Below, one piece after another: positions 1-11,277 of a DNA stretch of 64,000 nt (positions are counted from its first letter, which is position 1; every line of letters begins with the position of its first letter). The notes under the pieces were generated by a model. That model ran no database searches. It worked only from the letters and a program-made list of their open reading frames with translations, and was not told the DNA's origin. The translations under genes and the position numbers were made by a program. Where the stretch lies: positions 372,001 through 436,000 of the forward strand of contig BCGN01000005.1 in the NCBI GenBank assembly GCA_001599295.1, written 5' to 3'. The DNA is from Sporopachydermia quercuum. Taxonomy: Eukaryota.

Positions 1-159
1 TGATGTCGTGACCATGTCCTTGTGAGAGTTTATCAGCTCAATCAATGGCATAACAGGAGCATCTATAGTACCTTTGGGCGAAGCATCTGGTGTCTCCGGA
101 GCATTCCCAGCTATCTCCCCCAAAATATGACTTTTCTTTTGATCGAACGGGTCAGCCAT
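1..159 (-). CDS. TYW3: tRNA wybutosine-synthesis methyltransferase Tyw3, N-terminal part (runs off the left end)
   Basis: Not in ORF track. Minus-strand ATG at 159 translates to MADPFDQKKSHILGEIAGNAPETPDASPKGTIDAPVMPLIELINSHKDMVTTS, matching the Tyw3 motif 'FDQKK..IL...D.SPKG.ID....PLI.LINSH.DMVTTS(SCSGR)'. Confidence 0.9.
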   Translation of the reverse strand, partial: MADPFDQKKSHILGEIAGNAPETPDASPKGTIDAPVMPLIELINSHKDMVTTS

Positions 160-650
160 TTTACGCAAGGTTGTTGAGGCAAACTTTTTTCAGGGTTGAT
201 CAGCATTTAAGCAAGGGCTCACATTCAGTGAAATCAACGCTGAACAAATTAGCAGGAAGACAAAACTAATAGATTTGATCTATCATGTTAGTTTGATCTT
301 TATACCTAGTTATCCAATGAACAAAGTTGCCATAGATTTCCGGCATACCAATATAATTTTCTATAATCTCCGAAATTTAGAACTGTGATTTATATCATTT
401 CTGAAGTTGGTAAGATCCCTTTTGGGAAACATAAAGTTACCCAGTTGAAACATACTCAAGTCGACTTTTCAGATTTTCCACTCAGTCAAAAACCATGAAA
501 ATAAAGAACGAATTTCAATAGCCAATACCGAATTCTATATCGAATCATCTTATTAAGTATTATACACTCGTTAAAATACATCAGTATCATTTCACAGACT
601 TTTTGCAAGTTCAATGGCTGTTGAAAAACACTGCATTACTTCAACACAAA

Positions 651-1508
651 ATGAGTCTGTTCTTCTATGGTCAAAAAACACCAAGTGTCTCTGTGGTTAA
701 TTCCATGGTACATAAACTGATCACAGGACAAACAAGATCAATAGGAAGAGTATCAAGAAAGAAGAAGATAGAAGTTCAACTACTAAAAGAGGTTCCCAAC
801 ATTGGTGTGAAAGGTCAAGTAATAAAAGTGAATCCAGGATTCATGAGAAACTTTCTCCACAAGGAGGGACGTGCTGTTTATGTTTTACCTAACAAAGAGT
901 TACCTTTACCGGTGGTAACAGCAGAAAGCTTGAGGAAAGCGGCTGCTGCCAAAGCCGCTGAAGCAGCTCGTATTGCTGCTTTGAAGCCAGTGGCACCGTC
1001 AGTTTCACCGACACCAGCAATTACAAATAAAGCCAAGAACTCATTGGATTATTTGTTTGGTATTGATGAAGGAATGAAGGATGTATTGAATAAATCTGCA
1101 TTACGATTTGATTTTGCCGAAGCGGAAAAATCGGATGGCGGTGTTGATAGTCTGACTGTGTTCGGTTTAGCTGAAAAGATTTCTGATCCTCTACTGTTTA
1201 CATCTGAAGCTTACAGGACAGGATTTTTACTAAATGCGGTTTCATTATCAGATGTTTCTAAAAGAATCACTTCTTTAGTTGGACCTGGAATAACAGAAGA
1301 ATCATTAGAAATTAAATACGTGGTTCCTGAGACGGGAAGCAGTTACAAGTTGCAATCGTTGGATTTTATTGGCAACTATTTGCTCACGATCAAGCCAGTA
1401 GGCTATAAAGGAATTGAAGAAGTGACTAAGAATGTCATAGTTAGAAGTGATAGTTTGCCAGAAGAAAGTCAAAAGCTGTTGAGAAGGCCTGAAGGTATTA
1501 TTGCATAA
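651..1508 (+). CDS. MRPL50: Mitochondrial large-subunit ribosomal protein bL9m
   Basis: L9 N-terminal motif 'IEVQLLKEVPNIGVKGQVIKVNPGFMRNFLH'. First ATG is at 651 (track start 603 is TTG). Basic, presequence-like N-terminus. Confidence 0.85.
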   Translation: MSLFFYGQKTPSVSVVNSMVHKLITGQTRSIGRVSRKKKIEVQLLKEVPNIGVKGQVIKVNPGFMRNFLHKEGRAVYVLPNKELPLPVVTAESLRKAAAAKAAEAARIAALKPVAPSVSPTPAITNKAKNSLDYLFGIDEGMKDVLNKSALRFDFAEAEKSDGGVDSLTVFGLAEKISDPLLFTSEAYRTGFLLNAVSLSDVSKRITSLVGPGITEESLEIKYVVPETGSSYKLQSLDFIGNYLLTIKPVGYKGIEEVTKNVIVRSDSLPEESQKLLRRPEGIIA

Positions 1509-1795
1509 TGCATAATAATGCGTTTGTTTGATTAATCTGGTATATTCAATTATGCCCTTGTATATATTCGTTGTAGGTGAATAAAAGAAATCTATTGGTT
1601 ATTTTACAGGCAAATCGTAGTTCAAATTNCGTATTATATTAATTATTAATTATTAAAGTGTTTATATAAAATGAATGACCCTCGGTATTATGTTTTATTC
1701 TATTATCTTATATGATGAAAACATATTATGTTATGCGAAATAATATGATTTTATGGTATTAATGTGATATATGCATCCCACTAGACCGATATATA

Positions 1796-4700
1796 CTATG
1801 CAAGATGTGATTGGATTTGTTGATCAAGAATATTACATAAATCACTGATATAATCAAGTGATAATGCCTCCAAAACTTTTTCCAATAAAGGATCCTCTGA
1901 TTTTCCAATGATATTACTAAGCGTTGTTTCGTCTACCGATTCAGTAGTGATTAGCTTCCCATCTTCGAGAGTAGTATTCTCGAAAGTCAATGTTAGAGGA
2001 GCAAAACTGCTATTCATGCGGCTCTTAGGTTTCTTTGTCTGTATAACTTGTCTGATTTGAGCTGTTATGGCTTTAGCATCTGCAGCATTCGTATTGAGAA
2101 GAAACTCTGCCAGTTTCAGCAAACCAAAAGAGCAAGCTTTCTTATCAAATATTGTGGGGAACTTGTTTTCTTGGACATATGATTGAATAAGAAGCATGCA
2201 ATTGAAAAACACTGACCGAGATTGATCATTAGCTATCTCTGGTACATCAATGCCTTGTTGCAAATAACTAATCGACACGTCCGTGAGTGTTCCAATAGCT
2301 GCTAAGACACATTCTAATCGTAGTTTTACCACGTTATGAGAATCGTAGTAGCCTTCATGTAGTATTTGAAATACTAAGGGACCTACTACTAATGGAAGGA
2401 TTTCGAAAATAGCATTGACTTTCATGTTTGACTGTTGAATTGTCAAAAGTAAAACCAGTGCCACTTTAATACCAGCAATCTTTTGAGTCTGAGGAAATGA
2501 TCGATCATCAAAAGCTGTAATAGGTTTAGCTATCTTTTGAACACGAAGCTGTTGTAATAACTCTTCCGTACTAGAACTATGAACATCACTCGGAAAATGT
2601 TTCTGAAGATAAGATGCATAACCAGGAACAAGAAACACTTTAATAACATCAACAAGTTTCTGGAACCGTACAAAGTTGTAATCAATACCAGCAGCACCAT
2701 AGAATGCAAATTGGAAAGCCATCAAGTAAAAAGCTTCCCCAAACTCGTCACCATGATATACAAACATTTGAAAAATTACATCGAAAACTTCCCATAATAC
2801 TTCAGATACCTCATTAGTAGATATGATGAAATTTTCAATGATTTCGAGAATATCGTTAATGAATTCCAACCCCAAGTTTGTTTGTTCATANGATAAAATC
2901 CCATGAAAACAATGAGAAGTAAGGATTTCCATTTGCTTTAATGTTTCGGACTCTCGACAGTCCATAGTTGATAATATAGTCTTTATAGCATTAAGACACC
3001 CTTGAATCATCAAAAGTTTGTCATCAGAAATACTGGGAGCGTCCGGAACACGATACTCTTCTAGCACTGATGTTATCTGGTTACACAACTCAGCCACCAG
3101 TGGGATAGCAAAACTATTGAGCTCTGTGTAGAACGTCTCTACTAAATCTTCAAGCACAGTTGTAATAAGATCACCACTAACATAACTCGATAAGCCTAAG
3201 GTAATTCTAGCAACGTCACCGGCATGTGGAGAAACCTTTTCTAGGATTGCAGGGAAAATAAGTAGGGATTGCAGCGTCAACATAGCTGCAATCTGTAGGC
3301 TGGGACATTCCTGTGAAAGACAATGAAGTATTTTGTCGGCATATACATCGATGTACTTCTGATCTTCGCTACAGCCATAAAATGACTTCAATAGAAAGCA
3401 CGTTTCAGCTTTCATGAAGTCGGATGAATGGTCGTTCGAGAATACTTGATCAAATAGCTTGAGCGTAACCTCAAAAAGCTCTTGTGGTAGATAGTCAATC
3501 AATGACTCTTTCGATACTTCAAATACCAAGGTTGTTAGGCGTATCAACGCTATTATTTGGGCTTCTGCATCAGATTGATGTTCCAATATAGTTTCCAAGC
3601 CCATTACTGCTTTGTCTATTGCGATATTTTGGCCATTGACGCATCGAACAAGAATCTGCGTAAGTTCATTGCAGAATTCTTCCAGCCCTTGTTTAGTATA
3701 TGTCACTAAATACGTTCGAAGAAAGGAACTGGCAGATACAATCAATCTTTTCTCCGACTCAAAATCCTCTAATGATTCCTTAAGCAATATATACTGCGCA
3801 GGATTATGATCAAATGTGAATAGCTCGTCATCATTGGGAATGAAATACGTTGGGATTGTAGCTTTCAGCACATCGGTGAACTGGAATGTTATTACTCTTC
3901 TCAGGTTCAGTCTAAATGAAAGTTCAATACAATTCAAAAAACAGCAAATAGCAATCTCGGGAATCCAGATGAACCTTTCTGCTGACAATCTTAAAGTCTG
4001 GATACCAAATCCAAGGATCTGAGAAGCAAATTGTTGAATAAACACGTCTGAAAACTTTTTAGTCATGGGATCATTGAAATCACAGCATGAACTTCTCTCC
4101 ACATGCCTTGCTAAGGGTACATCTTTACCAGCAAACTGAGCTAAGCTAGGAACCTCAACAAACCCAGCAAATATGTTATACAAAAGTAAGGTGCACCATT
4201 TTTTACACTTCATGAACAGAAAAGACCTTCTTACTGCAACATCAGCGATTTGTCCCAATTCTCGAGGAGCCGGTAGTCTAAATATACTTATTATGATACT
4301 GAATAATCGGCCAAATCGCGACATATCTTGACTGCATTCTTTAATAACATAACGAAGAGATCTGGTTAGTGTTTTCATGGCTCTAGCTAGTATCATCCAT
4401 ACGGTGTATAACTCAACAGTCTTGTCCTTTANATTGGGGTAGTCGTCAAGAATTTTTGCCATGATATCCATATAAGTGTAGAAGATTAAATGCACTGTTT
4501 CTTCCTCTCTATGACCGTACTTTCTCCTAATTGAATCATCTTGATGAATGGCAGTTAAATTGATAAGTATTCCGAGAATACCGCCGTTAATTTCTCGCAC
4601 AGAGTCAGATTTGATGAGACCAAGATAACACTCCATCGAGTTATCAAAGCCAAATACATTTAGTTTATATCTCAGTAATGTTTTGAAGCCTGGGTATAAT

Positions 4701-5149
4701 AACTCATTAAATGGTGATTGTTCGGAGTATACTTTAATAACTGAAAAGTACACTTTATTGAAATCGTCGATTCTGTATCGCGGATTATACACATTCCCAG
4801 TAATATAATTCGAGTCTTGTGCCTGTTCTCCTTCTAAGGAGGCATTCTCGTCAAAAGCAGTCGAAAGAACATTCTTGATCCAAACTGCCATAGCTTTACG
4901 CACCGGAGGTGAAATCGAGTCCTCTAATAGAAGATCCAAACATTTTACAACAAAATCCTGCGAAGTTTGTTGCCAGTGAATGATGGTCGCTATGCTTGAG
5001 TTACGTTCTTGAGCATCAGGATATAAAGTTCCAGCAAACGTAGAAGATATAGTTGCTATCTCTTGTGGTGAACATTGCACATCTGTATATTGGTTCATTT
5101 GTTCCAAGGTAATTATGGGATTCGCTGATTCGGCAGTCATTGATGTCAT
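1796..5149 (-). CDS. Importin-beta-like karyopherin, importin-7/8 (Nmd5/Sxm1) family, divergent
   Basis: About 1100-aa HEAT-like helical protein. IBN_N-like start 'TFAGTLYPDAQERNSS...KCLDLLL...VRKAMAVWIKN' plus 'KCKKWC' and 'DDELFTFDHNPAQYI' (importin-7/8 motifs). First in-frame ATG is 5149; track start is TTG, so the true start is uncertain. Confidence 0.7.
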   Translation of the reverse strand: MTSMTAESANPIITLEQMNQYTDVQCSPQEIATISSTFAGTLYPDAQERNSSIATIIHWQQTSQDFVVKCLDLLLEDSISPPVRKAMAVWIKNVLSTAFDENASLEGEQAQDSNYITGNVYNPRYRIDDFNKVYFSVIKVYSEQSPFNELLYPGFKTLLRYKLNVFGFDNSMECYLGLIKSDSVREINGGILGILINLTAIHQDDSIRRKYGHREEETVHLIFYTYMDIMAKILDDYPNXKDKTVELYTVWMILARAMKTLTRSLRYVIKECSQDMSRFGRLFSIIISIFRLPAPRELGQIADVAVRRSFLFMKCKKWCTLLLYNIFAGFVEVPSLAQFAGKDVPLARHVERSSCCDFNDPMTKKFSDVFIQQFASQILGFGIQTLRLSAERFIWIPEIAICCFLNCIELSFRLNLRRVITFQFTDVLKATIPTYFIPNDDELFTFDHNPAQYILLKESLEDFESEKRLIVSASSFLRTYLVTYTKQGLEEFCNELTQILVRCVNGQNIAIDKAVMGLETILEHQSDAEAQIIALIRLTTLVFEVSKESLIDYLPQELFEVTLKLFDQVFSNDHSSDFMKAETCFLLKSFYGCSEDQKYIDVYADKILHCLSQECPSLQIAAMLTLQSLLIFPAILEKVSPHAGDVARITLGLSSYVSGDLITTVLEDLVETFYTELNSFAIPLVAELCNQITSVLEEYRVPDAPSISDDKLLMIQGCLNAIKTILSTMDCRESETLKQMEILTSHCFHGILXYEQTNLGLEFINDILEIIENFIISTNEVSEVLWEVFDVIFQMFVYHGDEFGEAFYLMAFQFAFYGAAGIDYNFVRFQKLVDVIKVFLVPGYASYLQKHFPSDVHSSSTEELLQQLRVQKIAKPITAFDDRSFPQTQKIAGIKVALVLLLTIQQSNMKVNAIFEILPLVVGPLVFQILHEGYYDSHNVVKLRLECVLAAIGTLTDVSISYLQQGIDVPEIANDQSRSVFFNCMLLIQSYVQENKFPTIFDKKACSFGLLKLAEFLLNTNAADAKAITAQIRQVIQTKKPKSRMNSSFAPLTLTFENTTLEDGKLITTESVDETTLSNIIGKSEDPLLEKVLEALSLDYISDLCNILDQQIQSHLA

Positions 5150-7028
5150 TGATGTTCTCTTAGGATCAAAATTTTCTACAAAATATTTCACTGAATATTG
5201 CTCAGCGATTGAAACTGTCAAGCATCCGACAAAAGAAAATAATCAGCAAATAATAATGAATACAAAATGAAAGGGCAAAATAGTTGAAAGAATGATGCAG
5301 TCTGTATACCAAACATTTGACTGAGTACGATTCAGTTTCTTTTGGACAGAAACTTCAAAGCATAAAGCTCTGGAACTACAATTATTTCCAATTTGTGAGA
5401 GGTATGAATTGCAACAGCCTTAAAAAGCAAAATCGAAGATATAGTTGATAGTACATCGGTAATGGAAAGGAAATAATTATATCGAATTTTCAAGATCCTC
5501 TTTCTCTGAGCGCATTTCGTGTCTTCCACATTAAGTTTCCAATAGACTTAAGCTTAATCATGCATGAAGAAAAACATTAAGATTTTAAGAATCGAAATTA
5601 GGGTTTGAAGGTGTAGATGATATGTATCTTGAAAATAGTGCATGTCGGTGCATATAACGGAGTGTAGTCGATTAAACCTATCGAATAACCTGAAGGGTTA
5701 AAGATTGTCAGACGAATTATGTTTTTCCTACGGAAACAGCAAGAAAAAATAAGATGTGTATATGTTTCTTGACTGAACAATGACGCCGGAAAAGATGTTA
5801 GAACCTTTATCCATAAGTCAGATATTAGTATTCTTGTAAAAAGAGGACTGATGGCGATCCGTGAGGCAAAAACTCAGTTGTATTAACAAACTTGGATATC
5901 TGCATATGTTGAATTCAAACTGTAAATCATACAAAAATATATCTTCGGCTTAATAATTTTGATTGAACGAGCAGAAAACAATAAAAGTTTAACTTTCTTT
6001 TACTAAGCTCAAAGATATATCGAAGAATTACCTTCAAAATCTTTCAATAAGATATTTGTTTTCGATCATTTTTAGTACTTTAGGAACCTTCTTTTCCTTA
6101 CCACAGATGAAGAAGAAGCCATGAAATTTATGGAATTATATGCAGAATATCNTTACTAGTAAAATTACTATTCTTGGCTTTCTTATTTCCTAATTGGGCC
6201 CGGCTTGGAAGGCAATTAAAATTTGATCTCTATTAAAGTTATTATGGTGAACTTACCCTTTTTTTTTTGCTTTCATGGTAATAATCTGGGAGATCTCAGA
6301 TTGTTCAAATTCAGTGATTGCTGGTTTCGATTTGCCTGCTTAGGATTCTCTTGAGATCTAGTGGAGACTCACTTTCTTGCCTCATGGAGTAACATCCTAG
6401 AATCAATAGTCAGGGTGGGCCAAAACTGAAATGATGTCATAATTTGAAAAGTTTAATTTTGATGATTAACAAACGAGCTCCCACCTCAAGGGAAGAAAAA
6501 AGAGTTATTTGATATGAATGCTATTTTGAAGAAATNCTTCGGTTGAAGGTTATTCAGGTCGGGATTACTGGTAACAGTCAATCACATTCTAAGGCAGACG
6601 ATAAGATGCAATACAGTTATAATAGCAAAATGTATAAAAATAAAAAGAAGAAAACATAGGTTTTGAATTTATAAAATGAAGAGAAAAATCTGATCTACAT
6701 GAGGAACAGGAACAATTCCAATAAATATCCCAAGTCATTTGCATATCTTTGTATCTTTCATTTCTGGAGTTTCTTATGAATGATATCTGACATCATCTCC
6801 GAAATTTTGAAATATGTCTTCCGTAATTACTCATATCCAATACTTGGGAGTATTTGCTATTTTCTTCTTCATATGCTAATGCTTTCTTTCGTCTTCTCTT
6901 CAAGCTCATTCGATTCAATGAAAAATACAATAATAATTGGTTTTGTAACAATTTATTAGTACATATACCCATTTACAAATAGTCTAAAAACTCTAATAGT
7001 TTTCTTCTTATTTGTTAGTTCGCTAACG

Positions 7029-8126
7029 ATGGGATCAATGAGACTAACAGCATCTCCTAGTTCGAAGATCAAGAAAACAAAGCTTCCATCAATCAAAAAC
7101 TTATACAAATCAGCAAAGGATAGATCAAATCAGCTGAAAAAGCTATCAAATCCTTCTTTACCTATTGATAAATTATATCAACATGCTCAAGCAACATCAA
7201 AGACTACAGGAGTCAATAAGAATTCAGCTCAAGATGAGAAACTAATAAGAATTGGTCCATCAGATATAACATCCCTGATCTTGGAAGAAATAGATTTACA
7301 AGACGATGTTGAGATAGCTATCAAGGCTATTTTGTCTCATATGTGGGAAGATTTACCTGTCAATAATAAAGGCCTCCCAAGAGATTTGCCCGCTAAAGTC
7401 ATCAACTTCAGATATTTCATTCCACCAATAGTTTTAATCGGTCACTTATATGCTGTTTTCAGAAATAGACATACGTTTGTCGATCGTCAAATAGTCCAGT
7501 TGTGCAATAGAGGGAAAATCAAGAAGATTGCGTGTAATTTCATAGACGGAGGTAATGACGCAATAATAATGACCGAGAAATATTTTGAGTATCTTGACTC
7601 CATCAAGGATACTATACCAATAATGAATAAGGGAGATAATGCTTTGAGCCATGGCAATGTTGATCTGGTGATAACTCATTTTAAGCAGTTTTTACTTCAA
7701 GAGGAATTTTTGAATAAAAATAGATTTCATGAAGAAACAGAAATTGAAAAGTTCTATCGTGACCATTTGAACTTAACTCCACAAATCATTGAACAAGAAA
7801 TAGGTATTCTGTTGGCAACAGGTATCCTAATTATATCGAATGAACCACAGGTATACGATTTATCTATTCCTGGTATAGGGTCATTTTCAAAGCTAGTTGT
7901 TAATTGTAGGACATGGCTTATTAAATTATTAAGGAAGCAGCAATTCAAAGAAATGTTGGAGCCAGCCATCAAAGCAAAATATAATCATCCCCAGAGTAAA
8001 ACAAAATGGCATATTTACAAAGGAATTAACATCGATTGGGTTCTTGCTGAGTGTTATGGGAATGGATGGTGTGAGGTGTTTGAAACACCTACTGGTAGAG
8101 GGTGGAAACTAACGGGAAAAGTGTAA
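7029..8126 (+). CDS. STK19-family winged-helix protein
   Basis: 'PPIVLIGHLYAVF...TFVDRQIVQLCNRGKI', 'LSIPGIGSFSKLV..CRTWLIKLLRK..FKEM', and C-terminal 'WVLAECYGNGWCEVFETPTGRGWKL' resemble fungal Stk19 members. Confidence 0.75.
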   Translation: MGSMRLTASPSSKIKKTKLPSIKNLYKSAKDRSNQLKKLSNPSLPIDKLYQHAQATSKTTGVNKNSAQDEKLIRIGPSDITSLILEEIDLQDDVEIAIKAILSHMWEDLPVNNKGLPRDLPAKVINFRYFIPPIVLIGHLYAVFRNRHTFVDRQIVQLCNRGKIKKIACNFIDGGNDAIIMTEKYFEYLDSIKDTIPIMNKGDNALSHGNVDLVITHFKQFLLQEEFLNKNRFHEETEIEKFYRDHLNLTPQIIEQEIGILLATGILIISNEPQVYDLSIPGIGSFSKLVVNCRTWLIKLLRKQQFKEMLEPAIKAKYNHPQSKTKWHIYKGINIDWVLAECYGNGWCEVFETPTGRGWKLTGKV

Positions 8127-8406
8127 ATTAAATAAAGTGTGTAAAATAGAAAAAATTCAAGTGTAATTACTAGATAGAATTGTACTGTCACTCCAGTAGG
8201 ACACATTTTAATTAAATAGGATTGTATGAAAGAGGAAAATTATATGGCAGTATGTTACGTTAAGATGGAATCTACTTTGTCAATTAGGCATACTTACTAC
8301 ATTCCATGAATTGTAATTCTAAAACAATAAGGCATTAAATTTTATTACAGGAAATGTTCAACCAAATATTAAATCGCTTCTTATATATAGATTCAAAATA
8401 GAAGAC

Positions 8407-9576
8407 TTATGCACGCAATGTTTGCTTCTTTCTCATCTTTCTGAGTTCCTTTTCTTTTTCCCTCTTGTCTAATTTCTTTTGCTCAGAAGGGGAAAGCGAA
8501 GCAGCTTTTGCCTTCAATGCTTTTCGTTCTTCAGCTTTCCTCTCTCGCAATTCTTCGGCTTTCTCTTCTTCTTCAAGCTTTGTAATCTTTTGGATCTCTG
8601 CAGTACGAACGCTCTTACTCTTTCTCAACACTTCAGGTCTGAAATGGCCCTTTGAAGCACATGCATCAACCCATGAAATCAAAGCCTTAAACAAAGCAAG
8701 AGCGGCAGTATTTTCTTCTTCATCAGATGGTAACCGCATGTTAAGAATGAGCTTGTTGATTGGTTTGAGATCTTCCACAGTAGTAGGTTTTTCACTAGGC
8801 TGATCAGTGATAGCAATAAACCGTAACAAAGTACCAGCTTTGGTAACAGCTTCAGAGATCTCCTTAGAGAACAATTTGGCATTGATTTCCGCGGCCTCAG
8901 ACATAAATACAAATCCTGGGGGTAGATCAGTTGAGTCCGATGTTTTGGTCAATGATAAGAAGTACTTACTAGTTCTCAATTCACTCATATCAAGCTTATT
9001 AACAACTGCAAAGACAAAATTATCAAATGCAGCAGTTTTGGAATTAGGAGTAATAATGATATTCAGGATTTCCATTGGTGGTGCAACTGAATTAAAGAAG
9101 AAAGAAATGATAGACTCCAAGCCCCAAGTGAATACGTTTTCTCTTGTAGGTAAAGTACATTCTGCAAATAAGGAATCAATCTTAGTTCTTCCAGTAGCAT
9201 AGGTGACAAAATAATGAGCATTATCATTGATGTACAACTCACTCAATGGGGCATTTTCATTATCAACCTTTGTAATACCAACTTGCCAGAATTCTTCACT
9301 TAGTACTGGTCTTACTAATCGAAGCCATGATTCAAATCTGTTACGATTATAGCTTTTTCCAAGAAAATGTAAGGAAACAAATACAATAACAAACGTAGAA
9401 ATAACGAGCTCCGTCTTCCAGTTGTAGATCCTGATTCTCTCCCATATTGTCATATCAATCAACTCTTCAAAGGTTGGTCCGGATTTAACTGCACTTGATC
9501 CTGCGCTTTCACCAGTTTCAGTCCCGACAACCTGACCAAGGTATAATGATCCAATTGCTAAAACTAAGGATATCAT
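8407..9576 (-). CDS. CCDC47/PAT-complex subunit (DUF1682; YNR021W-like) ER membrane protein
   Basis: Signal-like N-terminus, one TM segment, 'GKSYN', 'TYATGR', 'FVFAVVNK..M..LR..KYFLSLT', 'IAITDQP', and a charged C-terminal coiled coil. Confidence 0.85.
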   Translation of the reverse strand: MISLVLAIGSLYLGQVVGTETGESAGSSAVKSGPTFEELIDMTIWERIRIYNWKTELVISTFVIVFVSLHFLGKSYNRNRFESWLRLVRPVLSEEFWQVGITKVDNENAPLSELYINDNAHYFVTYATGRTKIDSLFAECTLPTRENVFTWGLESIISFFFNSVAPPMEILNIIITPNSKTAAFDNFVFAVVNKLDMSELRTSKYFLSLTKTSDSTDLPPGFVFMSEAAEINAKLFSKEISEAVTKAGTLLRFIAITDQPSEKPTTVEDLKPINKLILNMRLPSDEEENTAALALFKALISWVDACASKGHFRPEVLRKSKSVRTAEIQKITKLEEEEKAEELRERKAEERKALKAKAASLSPSEQKKLDKREKEKELRKMRKKQTLRA

Positions 9577-10517
9577 TATTTATGTAGTTTTGTTCAATCC
9601 TTTCTGTAGTTCTTCTTTGTCGTTTACCTGTAATCATAAGAAAAATCGATAACAGGGTGTCCACAAAGAATATCTTACGAACTACACTACATAAATCTGC
9701 GTTCGCTGCTACTCTTATTATAGATGGTCAATCAATTGTAAGGTCGGTCAAATGCCGACATTGAAAAATGGTTATGGTTTTTCGCTGGAGGGTGAACCTG
9801 CCACGCCTATAATATTTACTGTGTACAAGCAAGTGTGAGGGAACGCGTGACTTGCATAATAATGCAGGATGAGCACGAAATCTGAAATTTTGTCTGAGCG
9901 GAAGAGATAAGATAGAAAGAGCGTTAAGACGATAGTGCACTTTACCTGTAACGCAAAATGGATTATTTATTGATAAGATTTATGACCTATTACGACAGAG
10001 ATATAATCATATAAACTTTCGTTCTAGTTATAATATAACGAGAGTAAACATTGTGTGAGAAAAACTGTCTGTTAGATAAATCAGGGAACTCTTTTCCTGT
10101 TTGGTATAATCTGGAGATGGAGGTAAATGTTGATCGAAGTAGGCAATCATGAAATCCGGGTAATAAATGAAAGAGGTTTCATATGCAGTGTCTACATCAT
10201 ATGCATATACATACATCTGAGCAGTTAGAATGCTAAGAAAGATTATTAATACTCATTATTAACCCCAGTACAACCTATAACTGATCTAGTGCTAGAATGA
10301 TATTTGGATTTATTATACCGGCATTGCACATGTTTCTCTCTTGGACTGCCGATCCCTGTAGCTGTATGGCAAGACAGGGCATTTCTTCTTTTTTACTTCT
10401 TCCATTAGGCGAATGAATGTGTAAAACCCCACAACTACTGAGTTCTCTGATGTTACTTATAATACCGTATTAGTCACTAGTTTAGAAACAAATCATAATT
10501 TCATTCAATATATCAAC

Positions 10518-11277
10518 TTAATTCTCCTTTCGTCTCTTCTTTTCTTTGTCATCTGCGTCACTTGAAAAGCCAAATTGTTCATGCACAGTTACAGAAACGA
10601 ATTCTCGTAGCCTTTCCTCAGGATTTTCGCTATTCACAATGTCTTCAAGCTTCCTCCTCCTTTCATCATCAATTTCCATATCTTGACCTTCTTCACTAGC
10701 TTCGTAAGTATATCGAATGTTCTCACGGCCTAACTGGGCTATTTGCTGATTTAACTTAGAGCTCTCTTCGGGAACTTCTCCAGCCAATGATTCAAGATAT
10801 GCTATCACTTCTGGAAACTCTTCATCTTCTCGTAGATATTCTAATGGCTATTTATAGTAAATTCAAAGTTAGTACTCATATTATATTCAGCAGTACTCAA
10901 ACGTTGTACTCTAAACTGGAAAGCTCCCCAACTGACCACAACAATCAATAAATTCTTTTCTAATAACATACAGTTTGACCAGACGCATTCGTTTTTGTCC
11001 AATCAGCACCATAAGTTTCTATCAACTCTTTAGCAATCGAAACTTCTTCAACATGATGCAAAGGTGTGTCCCCATCATTGTCTTGTATATTCACATCTCC
11101 GCCGTTATCTACCAAATACTTCAATAAATCTTTATATGCATAAGAAGCAGCTGCATGCATTGGAGTATATCCATTGGGATCTTTGCTGTTTGCAGTAAAA
11201 TCTCCAGTTCTAATATATTCTTCTACCAGTTCCTGATTACCATCAGAGGCTGCAATCCATATGTTTATCAGACTCAT
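10518..11277 (-). CDS. Small ankyrin-repeat protein (YCR051W-like), 2 exons: 11277-10972 and 10847-10518
   Basis: 'NIWIAASDG...ANSKDPNGYTPMHAAASY...VNIQDNDGDTPLHHVE'. Intron 10971-10848 (GTATGT...TACTAAC...TAG) joins SGQT|PLEYLREDEEFPEVIAYL in frame, uniting two track ORFs. Confidence 0.85.
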
